Shown here piece after piece: positions 39,900-52,374 of a DNA stretch of 64,000 nucleotides; the first letter of the stretch is position 1, and every line of letters starts with the position of its first letter. The notes beneath the pieces are model-generated. The model had not been told where the DNA came from. It worked only from the letters and a program-made list of their open reading frames with translations, and did no database searches. The stretch is taken from assembly GCA_030390025.1 (NCBI GenBank), contig CM059431.1, positions 156,800,001 through 156,864,000 on the forward strand, read 5' to 3'. The DNA comes from Squalus acanthias (taxonomy: Eukaryota). The translations under genes were made by a program, and so were the position numbers.

Positions 39900-42800
39900 A
39901 GTCTGTGCGAGTGTTTCGAATCTGGCCTTAATACGTGGGCCATTGAGACTTTCGATGGTCAGAGTATCCTGCGCATTTCCATTTGTAGCCGCTCAAAGTA
40001 CACGGGGATTTTGGGCCTGCAAAGCTTCAGAATGCTCTGCGCTATTGGGTCTGCCGAGCGACAGATATTGTGGACTCTTGGATCTATGGAGTGTCAAAGT
40101 ACCCTGGAATATTAGGCCTGCAGAGTGTCAGTGTAGATTGGGATATTGAGCCAATAGTATGTCAGGGTACCCTCGGCTAAGCAGAGGATTAGAGTAACCT
40201 GGGCAACACTGAAGATAAGATTACGATATGATATCGGGCGTTTTGTTCAGAGTATCTGGAAAACTAGGCTTTGAGCCTGTGGAATATCAGAGTACCTGAG
40301 ATGAATTCAGAGATTCAATCAGTGTAATCTCTAAAAGACCAGAGTACACTGACCTATAAAGCGGGTCAGAAAAACATGGCTATTTAACGTGCAGATGGCT
40401 AGAATACCTGCGCCACTGAATCTGGAGAGGCTCAGAATAACAGCGATGTTGAAATCTAAAGAGTATCAGACTTCCTGGGCTTTTGATTCTGTAGCGGGTC
40501 AAAGTTCCCTGGACTATTGACGTTTTAAACTCTCAGAGTAGCCTGGACTATTGGGACTTAAATGCTTCAGAGAACGCTGGGCTACTGGGCTGGGTCATAG
40601 TACCTGGGCAATATGCCATGTAAAGGGTCATATCAGCTTGGCTATTGAGCTTGTAGACTGTCAGTGTACTCTGAGCTATCGGTCCTGCAGCCATTCAGCG
40701 TACGCTGGGCTATTGAGTCTGTAGAGTGTCAGAATAGGCTGGACTATACTGTGGATGAGATTTCCGTCAGCTATTGAGTCTGCTGAAAGTCAGCGTACCT
40801 GAGCTATTGGCCTTGTAAAGAGTCAGATTACACTCGGCTATGCAAAGGTCAAAGTAACCTGGACTATTAAATCGACGGTGGGTCAGAGCCTTATGCAGTA
40901 TTCAGCATTTAGAGGATCAGAGTAACCTGGGATATTGGGCATGTAGAGGGTCAAAGTGCCCTGGGACATTTGTTCTGCGAAGGTTTACTGTGCCCTGGGC
41001 TATTGGCCTTTTGATGGTAAGATTTTCCTCAGCTATTTTATATATAACGATTCCGCGTCCCCTGGCAATAATACAGCCAGAGTTCCTGGGAAATTGGATA
41101 TTTAGTGGATCAAAGTATGCTTGGTTATCGGACCGTTAGAGGGTCAGAATTCCCTGGGCTATTGTGTTATTTGAGGTCCAAATTACCCTGGGCTATTGGG
41201 CCATCAGAGGATCAAAGTACCCCGAGCTATTGGGTCAAGAGATGGGCAGAGTACACTGGGATACTTGTTCTGTGGAGGGTCAGTGTGCCCTGGGCTATTG
41301 GCCTTTAGATGGTCTGAGTTTCCTGGGATATTTTAAACATAACGAGTCAGCGTCCCGTGGCAATAATAGGGTCAGAGTACCTGGGCTATTGAGAATTTAG
41401 AGAATCCAAGTACGCTTGGTTATTGGGCATTTGAAGGTCAAATTTCCTCGGGCTATTTTGTCATTAGAGGCCCAAACAAGCCTGGGCTATTGGGCATTCG
41501 AGGGGCAGAGTCCCCGGGGAAAATCAGAGGATCAGGGAACCCTGGGCTACTGGGCTTTCAGTGTCAAAGTACCCTGGGCTATTGGGCCTTTTGAGGATCA
41601 GAGCACCAGGGGCTGTTGGGTCTATAGAGTGGCAGAGTACCTTGGGCGAATCAGAGGGTCAGAAAACGCTGGGCTACTGGGCTTTTAGTGTCAAAGTACC
41701 CTGGGCTATTGAAACTGTAGAAGGTCAGAGTAAACTGAGCTATTGAGCCTGTGTTGTTTCAGATTAACCTGGGATAGGAGGTCTTCAGAGGCTCAGCGTA
41801 CCCTTAACTTTTGAGACTGTAGAGGTTCACAGTACCCTGACATATACGTATTGTCAGAGTACCTTGTCTATTGGGCTTGCAGAGGGCGAGAGCACTATGG
41901 GCAATGTAAAGGGTTAGATTAAGCAGAGCTATTGGTCCTGCAGAGTGTAAGTGTACCCTGAGATTTGCAGAGGGTAACAGTAACTTGAAGAGGGTTACAG
42001 GTCATCTGGCTATTTTGCCTAAAGTCGTTCATACTTCCCTGAGCGACTAATTCCGTAGATTGCCACAATAACGGGCTATTGAGCCTGTGTGGTTCAGAGT
42101 AACCAGGGATATTTGGCCTGTAAAGCTTCATAGTACCCTGGGCTATTGATTCTGTAGAGGGCCAGAGTACACTGGGATATTGGGACTATAACGTGTCAGA
42201 ATATCCTTGGCTATTGAAGCCGTAGAAGGTCAGAGTATACTGGAATATTGGGCTGTTGAGGGTAAGAATAGACTAGGATATTGGGGTTTTAGAAGGGCTG
42301 AAAAATTGGGCATTAAGCGTGACAGAGAACTTGGGATATTGGCCATTAAACTGGTTAGAGAGCCGGGGATATTGGTCATTAAGTGGGTAATAGAGCCTCG
42401 GTTATTGGGCATTAAGCGCGTCAGACAGCCTAGGATAGTGGGCAGTAAGCGGGTCAGAGAACCTGGGATATAGGGCCTAAAGTGGCTCTGAGTTCCCTGA
42501 GCGTAGAGGGCCAAATCACCGGGCTATTGAGCCTGCGTAGGTCAGAGTAACCCGGGATATAGGGCCTGTAGAAATTCATACTAACCTGGGCTATTGAATC
42601 TGTAGAGTGCCAGAATGCCTTGGGTCTTGAATATGTAGAGGGTCAGAGTACACTGCGATATTGGGCCTCTGGAGGATAGGAATACGCGGGGACGTTGGGG
42701 TTTTAGGAGGTCAGAGTACGTTGAGAAATTGAGCATTAAGCTGTCAGAGAGCCTGTGATATTGGGCATTAAGCGGATCAGAGAGCCTGGGATATTGGGTA

Positions 42801-45410
42801 TTAAGCGGGTCAGAGAGCCTGGGTTATTGAGCATTAAGTGCATCAGAGAAACTTGGATATTTTGCCTTTAGAGGATCTGATTTCCCTCAACTTTCAGCCT
42901 GTGGAAAGTCAGCGTACCTGAGCTGTCGCGCCGAAAAATGATCAGCGTACACTGATGATAAAGAGGGACAGACTAATATGGCTGTAGGGCGTGTACATGA
43001 TTAGAATAACTGTGCTACTGATTCTGTACAAGGTCAGAATACCTGGGCTATTGAATCGACAGAGGGTCAGAGTACCATGAACTAATGAACCTGTTGTTGG
43101 CCAGAGTACCCTGGACTATGTTGTTGGTGTACACTGGGCTTATGAGTCTGTATAGGGTCAGTATTCCTGGGCGATTTAGACTACAGAGGATCATCGTATC
43201 ATGAGCTATTGGTCTTCTAGAGGGTCAGAATTATATGGTCTATTGGGTCTGCAGAGGGCCTGAGTACCTTGGGCTATACAGAAGATCCGTCAGGTACTGA
43301 TCCTATCGAAAGTCGGAGTACCTCAGCAATTGGGCCTGTAAAGGACCAGAGTACCTGACCCATATAGTAGGATACAGTATGATGATCTATTAGGCCTTTA
43401 CAATGTCAAATTGCACTGAGATGTGGGAAATGGAGTGTCAGATTACACTGGGCTATTGGAAGGCTAAGATTAAACTGAGCTTTTGGCCCTGTTGAGGCTC
43501 AGATTACTCTGGAATTTTCAGAGGGCCTGAGTACGTTGGGCTATGAAGAGGACCACATATCGTGGGGTATTTGACTGAGAGAGGGTTAGATTATCCTGGG
43601 CTTTGGATCCTTTACAGGATCACAGTACCACGGGCTATTGGAACTATAGAGGGTCAGTGATCCCTGGCAATAAGAGAGTCAGAGTACCGTGGGGTATTTG
43701 ACCAGAAGAGGGTCAGAGTATTCTGGGCATTGGGTCCTTTAAAGGATCACTGGACCATGGGCTATTGGTACTATAGAGGGTCAGTGAGCTCTGGCAATAG
43801 AGAGTCAGAGTACCTGTGCTATTGGCCCTGTGGGGGGTCAGACAATCCTAGGCTATTGGACATGTTAGGGGTCAGTATACCCTGGTATATTAGGTCGGTA
43901 GAATGTCAGAGCATCATGGTGTATAGGTCTAGTTGAGCATCAGAGTAAACTTCTCTATTTGGACTGTGAAGCGTCAGGGTACCCGGTACTTTTTGAGGAA
44001 GCAGAGGGGCAGAATACTCTGGGAAATTTGGGCTATAAAGGGTCAGAGTACCGTGAAGATTTGGATCGGCAGAGGTTCAGAGTAAACTGGCCTACAAAGA
44101 GTGTCAGAGTACCGTGGGCTACACAGAGTGTCAGAGTACCCTTGGCTGCACAGAGTGTCAGAGTACCGTGGGCTACACAGAGTGACAGAGTACACTGGGC
44201 TTCACAGAGTGTCAGAGTACACCGGACTACACAGAGTGACAGAGTACCCTTGGCTACACAGAGTGTCAGAGTACCGTGGGCTGCACAGACAAACAGAGTA
44301 CACTGGACGACACGGAGTGTCATAGTACCTTGGACTACACAGAGTTTCAGAGTACCGTGTACTACACAGAGTGTCAGAGTAACCTGGTCTATGTATCCTG
44401 TAGACGGTAAGAGTACCTAGGTCATTGAGCATGCAGAGAGTCAGATTATCCAGTGTAATGCGGAGAGTCAGACTAAAATAGGCTATGCAGATGGTCAGAG
44501 TAACCTGCGATATTGGGAGGACTAGATTGCTCTGGGCTGTATAGAACGTCCGAGTATCCTGGGATATTAGGCCTCTCGGAGGACAGATTACCCTGGTCTA
44601 TTGGGCCTGCAGAGAGTAGGTGTCCGCTAGGCCATTCAGAGACTCAGAGTATCCTGGGCTATAAAGAGGTTCAAATTATCCTTGGCTATTTAGGCCTCTG
44701 GAGTATAAGATTACACCTGGATATTGGGCATTTAGAGGTACAGATTATCCTGGGCTAATGTCCTGCAGAGGTCAAAGTACTCTCAGTTTTGAGCCTGCAG
44801 AGGGTCAGAGTAGCTCAGCTATTGGGTGTGTAAAATATCAGAGTACCTTTGCTATAAAGAGGCTCGGAGTACTGCGGGCCTTTGGGGTATGCGTGTCAGA
44901 AAACCATGGGCTGTTCAGAGGGATAAAGTACCCTGGGTTAGTGGGTCTGTATAGGTTCCATATACCCGGGGCACTTAAGGAAGTAGAGGGTAAGCTTAGT
45001 TCGGTCAATTTTGCCTATAAAGGATCAATGTACGCTAGTTAATTGTGCCTGCAGATGATTAGAGCACCCTGACCTACACAAAGTTGTCTGAGCTATTGGC
45101 CTGCAGTGGGTCAAAGAACACTCAGATATTGAGCCTGCAGAGGGACAGAGTAGCTGGGCTATAGGGCGTGTAAATTGTCAAAGTACCCTGGGCTATAAAG
45201 AGTTTCGGAGTACCCCGGGATATTGGGTTATGCAGAGTGTCAGAATATCATGGGCTGTTCAGAGTTGTATTGTAGCCTGGGCTAGTGGGTCTGTATTGGG
45301 TCAGATTACCCTGATATATCGGGTATGTCAGTGGAGTGTCAGAGGAACTGGGGCGATTGAGCAGGTAGAGGGTCAGAGTAGCGTGGGCAAATGTGCCTAT
45401 CAGTTAAGAA
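39900..45410. repeat. Large degenerate satellite array (~35-bp unit; 33- and 27-bp sub-arrays; higher-order duplications)
   Basis: Recurrent CTGGGCTATTG..CTGTAGAGGGTCAGAGTACC throughout. Confidence 0.92.
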
Positions 45411-46095
45411 TAGTACTCGATCAAAGGAAGAGGCTTATAAAGGTGCCAAAAAGAGTAGTAAGCCTGAGGATTGGGAGGATTTTAAAATTCAGCAAAGGAG
45501 GAAATATAAATTGATAAAGAAAGGGAAAATATAACATGAGAGTAAACAAGCGAGAGACATAAAAACAGACTGTAAAAGCTTCTATAGGTATGCATAAAGG
45601 AAAAGATTAGCGAAAGTAAATGCGGGTCCGTTACAGGCTGAGACAGGATAAATTATGATGGGGAATAAGGATTTATCAGAGAAATGAAACAAATACTTTG
45701 TCTCTATCTTCACGGAAGAAAACGCCAAAATATTCCCGGTAATAGTGGTAAGCAAGGGTCTAGCGAGAATGAGGAAGTGAAAGATATTAATATTAGTAGT
45801 ACTGGAGAAATTAATAGGACTGAAAGCCGATAAATCCCCTGAACCTGATGGCCTACATAATAGGGTTTTGAAAGATTTGGCTTTGGAGATAGTAGATGCA
45901 TTGGTTGTCATTTTCCAAAATTTCTTATATTCTACAACGGTTTCCGCGGATTGGAAGGTAGCAAATGTATCCCCAAATTTAAGAAAGGAGGGGGAGAGAA
46001 AACGGGGAACGAAAGACCAGTTAGCCTGATGTCAGAAGGAGGGAAAATGCTCGAATCTATTATTATGGACTTGGGAACAGGGCACTTAGAAAATT

Positions 46096-46781
46096 TGGCA
46101 CAGATATTCCGATCGCAGGCCTCCCTCGGGAAAAATCTGCGCCCTTACCGAATGACTCCACACTCCGGGACGCGCACATTTCCGATGCTGGGTCTCTCCA
46201 GACTCCAAGTGCGCAGTACCCACGTATCCCAGAGGTGCATGTCGTTCGAAGCGTCCCTGGGATCACGTGGGCCATGGGGAGCCAATCACAGAAGGGAAAC
46301 ACCATTCATAGACTAGACAGGAAGACCTGTCAAATACATGAATGGAGATCACCACAAAACATAATAAAACTTTAAATATTTTTTTTAAAAATCACATTTT
46401 TAAAATGTCTTGAAATTACTATAAATTAACTATTTTAAACAAAAATTTAAATATAAAATAAACTTACCATTTTTTAAAGTTTTTTTAAATGATAAATCAT
46501 TGAAATTAAAAAAAAAAACTTTTTTTCAACTCTTATCCTGGTAAACCAGGCATAAGAATTGTAAGGGCTTTCTGCAGGGCGAGGGTCTCCAAAATGCGGA
46601 ACTATCCGCTCGCAGAGGCCCTTCTTTAGGGCAGTCGGAGGATCTATCAAGAGCTTTCATGACAGATCGGAAAATCCGTTTTCCAGCGCATGCGCAGTGC
46701 ATGCCTGACACCGGCATTTCCGATGTCCCTGCGGTGACTACACAGCGCCTACCCACCCGTAGGGCACGGAATACACGGCCC
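46096..46781. mobile_element. Harbinger-type MITE A
   Basis: Interrupts the CR1; 3-bp TSD ATT; imperfect TIRs TGGCACAGATATTCCG / CGGAATACACGGCCC. Confidence 0.75.
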
Positions 46782-47145
46782 ATTTATAGGATTGGCCAGA
46801 GTCAACACGGATTTATGAAAGGGACATCGGTTGGACATTTTTGAGATTGTAACGAGCAGAATAGATAAGGGGGAACCAGTGGATGTGTTGTATTTGGATT
46901 TTCAGTAGGCATTCGATAATGTGCCACACAAGAGGTTATTAATTAAAATTAGGGCTCATGGGTTTGGGGGCTACATTCAAGCATGGATTGAGGATTGGTT
47001 AACTGGCAGAAAACAGAGAGTAGGAATAAATGGGTCATTTACGGGTTGGCAGGCTGTAAATAGTGCGGTACCGCTAGGATCAGTGCTTCGGCCTCAGCTA
47101 TTCACAATCTACATCAATGATTTGGATGAGCGGACCAAATGTAAT

Positions 47146-47889
47146 GGCCCAAAAATTAGTGTTGCTACGCGAGAGTACGCACTGTGTACTCTCGCGTATT
47201 CTGTCTCCAATTGACGGTTTTCTGCATGCACTGCGCATGCGCTGAAAACCGGCACTTGGTGATTTCAAAAGGGGGCGGTTCCTAGGTGAACCGCGTGCGC
47301 GCTACAGGCTGCGCGCACGCAGTGCACTTAGTGCTTTGAACGCGCAGGTAAGTATGGAAGATTTTGCACATAAAGAAAGGAGGCGTAAGACCCTCTTTTA
47401 ACAAGGTAAGTAGATAATTAAGTATTATTTTGAATTTTTTTCAACAGGTATATCTTTTTGAGAGACTTTAAAGAAAGGTAAGTTTATTTTTATAACTTTT
47501 TAAAAGATTTAAAACATTTTCAAAAATTTAATTTTTTGTTTAAAATGGTTAATTTATTTAAAAATACTTATTTTATTAATGTGATGGTTTTTTTTTAAAA
47601 TTTAATTGAGGTTTAGCTGTTCTTTTGGGGGGGTATAAATTCATAGCTTTCACAGCACTTATTGTGAAAGCTATGAATGAAAGATGGTGTGCTGCCATTG
47701 GCTCTAACTGAGTCACGTGATCCCACAGCTCGCACGAATTAACTGCGTCTGTGGGATACGGAAGCCCTGCACAGCTGCTGTCCATAACATCAAGTTCGTG
47801 CGAGCTGGGAATGAAAAAGCCAGCGCGCAGTGAGCGATCGCGGGGAAGCCTTACCCTCGCACGAAGGCTCGCTCACTAATTTTTGGGCC
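47146..47889. mobile_element. Harbinger-type MITE B
   Basis: Perfect 16-bp TIR GGCCCAAAAATTAGTG / CACTAATTTTTGGGCC; 3-bp TSD AAT; removal restores CR1 TGTAATATTTCC. Confidence 0.92.
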
Positions 47890-48654
47890 AATATTTCCTT
47901 GTTTGCTGATGATGCAAAACTGGGTGGGAATGTAATTTGTGAACAGGATGCAATGAGGTTTCAAGGTAATATGCACAGGCTAAGTGAGTGGGCAAGAACA
48001 TGGCAAATGGAATAGAATGTGGTGAAATGTGAAGTTATCCACTTTGGTAGGAAAATACAAAAGCAGAGTATTTTTTTAATGGCGAGAGATTGGGAAATGT
48101 TGGTGTTCAGTGGAACCTGGGTCTCCTTGTACACGAATCACTCATTGTTAACATGCAGGTACAACAAGCAATTAGGAAAGCAAATGATATGTTGGCCGTT
48201 ATTAGAAGAATATTTTTAGAAGTGTAAAGACGTCTTACTGCTGTTAGATAGGGCCCTGGTGAGACCACACCTGTGTGTACAGTTTTGTTCTCCTTTCCTA
48301 AGGAAGGATATACTTGCATAGAGGGAGTGCAACGAAGGTTAACCAGGATGGTCCCTGGAATGGGGGGATTGTCCTAAACGGACAGATTGAGTAGACTAGG
48401 CCTATATTCTCTAGAATTTAGAAGAATGAGAGCTGATCTCATTGAAACATCCACAATTCTTACAGGGCTTTACCGGAAGATGCAAAGATGATATTTCCCC
48501 TGGCTGGGCATTCTAGAAGCAGTGGTCACAATCTCAGAATAAGGGGACGGCCATTTAAGTTTGAGATGAGGAGATATGTCTTCACTCTGAGGGTGGAGGA
48601 TCTTTGGAAGGGCCAAATGGCCTAATCCTGCTCATATTTTTTATGTTCTTATGA

Positions 48655-49470
48655 AGGGTCACTGTACACTGGTATACTTTGCCTGCAGATGGTCAGAGTC
48701 CAGTGGGCAATACAGAGTTCCAGATCAGACACTCCTATTTGGCCTGTAGAGGGTCAGATAAAATGGGCTATTGGGCATGCAGAGGGTCAGATTACCCTGG
48801 GTTTTGCAGAGGTTCAGAATAACCTGGGATATACAGCGGGTCAGAGTACATTGGTTTATTGGGCCTGTGGTGGACCAGATCACCCTGATCAATTAATTGT
48901 GTCAGGTAAACCTGGGCTATTGGGCCTTTAGATGGACTGCGGACGCTGGTCTTATGGCCTGCAAAGTGTAAATGTACCCTGGGCTATACAGAGGTTCAGA
49001 GTATCCTGGGCTATAGGGCCTTTAGAGGGTCAGCATACCCTCAGGTATTGAGCCTGCGAAGTATCCGAGTAACTGTGCTATTGTGGCGTGTAAATTTTCG
49101 GAGAACCCAGGTCTGAAAAGATAGTCAGAGTACCCTGGACTTTTGGGTATGCAGAATGTCAGAGTAACCAAGGCTATTGGACTCTGCAGAGGATCATATT
49201 ATCCTGGGCTATGGGGTAATGCAGTGTGTCATATTAACTTGGTCTATGGTGCACTAGAGGGTCAGAGTATCCTCGGCTATTGGGCCTATAGATCGTCGGT
49301 GTTACCTGGTCTTTTTGGATTTTCAGACAATCTATATAATCTGGAATAGTAAGCTGTCGAAGATCAGAGTACCCAGGTCTATTGGACATTGAGATGCTCA
49401 GAGCCCCCTTGGTTATGTAGCGTTAGCTGGGAGCCTGGTGATTGATGCGGCATAGTTTCTAAGAGCGTCC
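48655..49470. repeat. Continuation of the ~35-bp satellite
   Basis: Same unit as 39900-45410. Confidence 0.88.
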
Positions 49471-49490
49471 CTTGTGTACAGGGTTTATCA

Positions 49491-51059
49491 ATGGGCCAGG
49501 CCTCTCACTACCAATCACTATCTTTCACCAACGTTTCAGCCGGCTCTTGCCCCACGGAACTTATCTCTTCCTATCTCGACTCTATTTTTTCTCCCCTTAT
49601 CCAGTCTCTTCCCACCTACATCCGCGATTCCTCTGACGCCCTCCGCCACTTTAACAGTTTCCAGTTTCCTGGCCCCAACCGCCTTCTTTTCACCATGGAC
49701 ATACAATCCCTCTGCACCTCCATCCCCCGCCAGGATGGCCTGAGTGCGCTCCGCTTCTTCCTTGAAAAGAGGCCCAACCAGTCCCCATCCACCGCCACCC
49801 TCCTCCGCCTGGCTAAACTTGTTCTCACGTTGAACAACTTCTCCTTTGACTCCACTCATTTCCTCCAAATCAAAAGTGTTGCTATGGGTACCCGCATGGG
49901 TCCTAGCTATTCCTGCCTTTTCGTGGGTTATGTGGAACACTCTTTGTTACAGTCCTACTCGAGTCCCCTCCCTCATCTCTTTTTCCGGTACATTGACGAC
50001 TGTATCGGTGCCGTTTCCTGCTCTCGTCCTGAACTAGACAATTGTATTCACTTTGCCTCCAATTTCCACCCTTCCCTAACCTTCACATGGTCCATCTCCG
50101 ACTCTTCCCTTCCCTTCCTCGACTTCTCTATCTACATCTCTGGGGATAGGTTATTGACCAACATTCACTTCAAGCCCACTGACTCCCACAGCTACCTACA
50201 CTACACTTCCTCCCACCCCGCCTCCTGTAAGGACTCTATTCCCTTCTCCCAGTTTCTCCATCTCCGCCGCATCTGCTCCGACGATGCCACCTTCCATACC
50301 AGTGCTTCCAACATGTCTTCCTTTTTCCTCAAACGAGGATTCCCCTCTACCGTGGTCGACACGGCCCTCGACCGTGTCCGTTCTATCTCTCGCACTTCTG
50401 CCCTCACCCCAGACCCTCCCTGCCGGAACCACGATAGAGTTCACCTTGTCCTCACTTTTCACAACACCAGCCTCCACATTCAACGAATCATCGTCCGCCA
50501 TTTCTGCCACCTCCAACGTGATCCCACCACCAAACGTATCTTCCCATCACCTCCCCTTTCAGCATTCCATAGGGACCGCTCCCTCCGAGACACCCTAGTC
50601 CACTCCTCTATCACCCCGAGTACCCCTTCCCCTTCGCCCGGCACCTTCCCGTGCAAGCGCTGGAGATGCAACACCTGCCTTTATACATCCCCCATTTCCA
50701 CTCTCCAGGGCCCCAAACACCACTTCCAGGTGAAACAGCGATTTTCTTGTACTTCTTGCAATCTAGTATACTGTATTCGCTGCTCACGATGTGGTCTCCT
50801 CTACATTGGGGAGACCAAACGCAGATTGGGTGACCGCTTTGCAGAACACCTATATGCCGTCCATAAGGGTGATCCCGAGCCCCCGGTCGCTTGTCATTTT
50901 AACTCACCTCTCCACGCCCACTCAGACCTCACCGTCCTCGAACTCGTGCATTGTTTCCCGGAAGCTCAGCGTAAGCTCGAGGAACAGCACCTCATCTTCC
51001 GATTAGGCACTTTACAGCCTTCTGGACTCAATATCGAGTTCAACAATTTCAGATCATAA
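49491..51059 (+). mobile_element. Penelope-like element (Neptune-type) ORF: RT + Cys linker + GIY-YIG endonuclease; 5'-truncated but uninterrupted for 522 codons; 3' UTR to ~51490
   Basis: TMDIQSL, AMGTRMGPSY, RYIDD, KPTD, CKRWRCNTC, LVYCIRCSRCGLLYIGET..L.DRFAEH, PSGLN. Confidence 0.93.
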
Positions 51060-51073
51060 CCTCGGCCCCCACC

Positions 51074-51085
51074 ATATATATATAA

Positions 51086-51128
<43 letters not shown>
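51074..51128. repeat. (TA)n microsatellite in the Penelope 3' UTR
   Basis: Directly visible. Confidence 0.95.
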
Positions 51129-51131
<3 letters not shown>

Positions 51132-51387
51132 TATATCCACCCTTTTGGTTTGTGCCTTTTCCCTTTTTATCTCTCTCTCCCCCCACAGCAGCTGTCTCTC
51201 ATTCTGCCAGTATTTCATACTTCACACTTCTAGCCACCTTTTGTTTCTTAACCTGTCCTATTTCCATCTCGTCTTTCCTTGAGCATCTCTTAATGTCTCT
51301 ACTTACCATAGACCACCCCTTTTGTTCTTTTATTCCTCCCCCAGCCTCCCCCTTGCTTTTTTATCTGTTTCATTTCCTGCTTTTTTC

Positions 51388-51428
51388 CCTGTTCTGACGA
51401 ATGGCTTCGACCTGAAACGTTAACTCTG
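51388..51428 (+). ncRNA. Minimal hammerhead-ribozyme-like motif in the Penelope 3' region (degenerate)
   Basis: CTGACGA (51394-51400), short imperfect stem II, then GAAACGTTA with a palindromic stem III. Confidence 0.55.
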
Positions 51429-51516
51429 TTTCTCTCGCCACGGATGTTGCCTGGCCTGTTGAGTTTTTCCAGCGTTTTCTGCTGTTGTTACTATCTTCTG
51501 GCTCTTGCTTACAAAT

Positions 51517-51667
51517 TTAGATGTATCGTCTGAAATTTTCTATCACTCGCGATAACAGCTTGACATACACGCTATGCAGGCTCACAATAAAAACACTCTG
51601 CAGAGGGATTGTAGGAGTTTCTGCATCAGTTGGATCAGGGCCATTACGTGATAGATTGACAGCTTGT
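51517..51667 (-). CDS. Candidate terminal coding exon of NLR copy 2
   Basis: Polypyrimidine-ccag acceptor in phase with the 55481 donor; NLSRNGPDPTDAETPTIPLQSV matches copy 1 NLSPNIPDPTEAETRAVPLQSV (~18555-18625) with several synonymous changes. Confidence 0.4.
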
Positions 51668-51774
51668 CTGGCACGGAAAAAATACATAAATGTGCATTTA
51701 GGGCCGCTGTTGGCGAATGTCCATCTTTCCAGATATTGGGCACAATATCGAGGCTGACACTCCAGTGAGGGATT

Positions 51775-51945
51775 GTAGGTGTACTGTCCAGGATACGGGG
51801 AGCTTCCCTGATCTCCCTTCAAATAGTGCCATGGGATCTTTTACATCAACATGAGCGGGAAGGCAGGGCATCGGTTTAACGTCTTAACCGGAAAACGGCA
51901 CCACGGACAGTACTGCAGTCCGTCAGTACTGCATTGCCGTGTCAT
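51775..51945 (-). mobile_element. Deu-domain SINE remnant
   Basis: Minus strand GCAGTACTGA...GGTGCCGTTTT...GACGTTAAACCGA...GTAAAAGATCCCATGGCACTATTTGAAG. Confidence 0.8.
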
Positions 51946-51950
51946 CACGT

Positions 51951-52374
51951 GGGCAACACGGTGGCATAGTGGTTAGCACTGGTGCCTCACAGCGCCAGGG
52001 ACCCGGGTTCGAATCTGACCTCGGGTGACTGCCTGTGTGGAGTTTGCACATTCTCCCCGTGTCTGCGTGGGTTTCCTCCGGGTGCTCCGGTTTCCTCCCA
52101 CAGTCCAAAAATGTGCGGGTTAGGTTGATTTGGCTATGATAAATTGACCCTTAGTGTTAGGGGGGGATTAAATATGTGGGGTTATGGGGATAGGATGGGA
52201 TATGTTAGGGGGAATTAAATACGTGGGGTTACGGGGGTAGGGTGGGATATGTGTAATGTGGGGACAGGGTACTGGATTTGAATGATCAGCCATGATCGTA
52301 TTGAATGGTGGAGCAGGCTCGACGGGCCGAATGGCCTACTCCTGCTCCTAGATTCTATGTTGCTATGTTTCTAT
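51951..52374 (+). mobile_element. HE1/V-SINE (tRNA-derived head, V domain, CR1-derived tail)
   Basis: A box TGGCATAGTGG, B box GGTTCGAATC, V domain TGTGGAGTTTGCACATTCTCCCCGTGTCTGCGTGGGTTTCCTCCGGGTGCTCCGGTTTCCTCCCACA, CR1-type tail. Confidence 0.92.

Larger units (their letters stand above)
45411..48652 (+). mobile_element. CR1 LINE (ORF2 middle to tail) inserted in the satellite and carrying two MITEs
   Basis: KADKSPEPDG, YLDFQ*AFD, QLFTIYINDLD, FADDAK; tail TTTTATGTTCTTATG; satellite resumes at 48655. Confidence 0.9.

Noticed and set aside
43959..44420. 153-aa ORF with QSVRVPWAT repeats (also the repetitive ORF at 42207-42473)
   Set aside because: By-product of 27- and 33-bp units being multiples of three; open in several frames and strands, with no splice or domain support
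39900..45410. CRISPR-like array (~35-bp periodicity)
   Set aside because: Units are contiguous degenerate copies with no unique spacers, no cas genes, and a vertebrate context; it is a satellite
51951..52025. tRNA gene
   Set aside because: The A/B boxes are the head of an HE1/V-SINE, followed by the V domain and a CR1 tail
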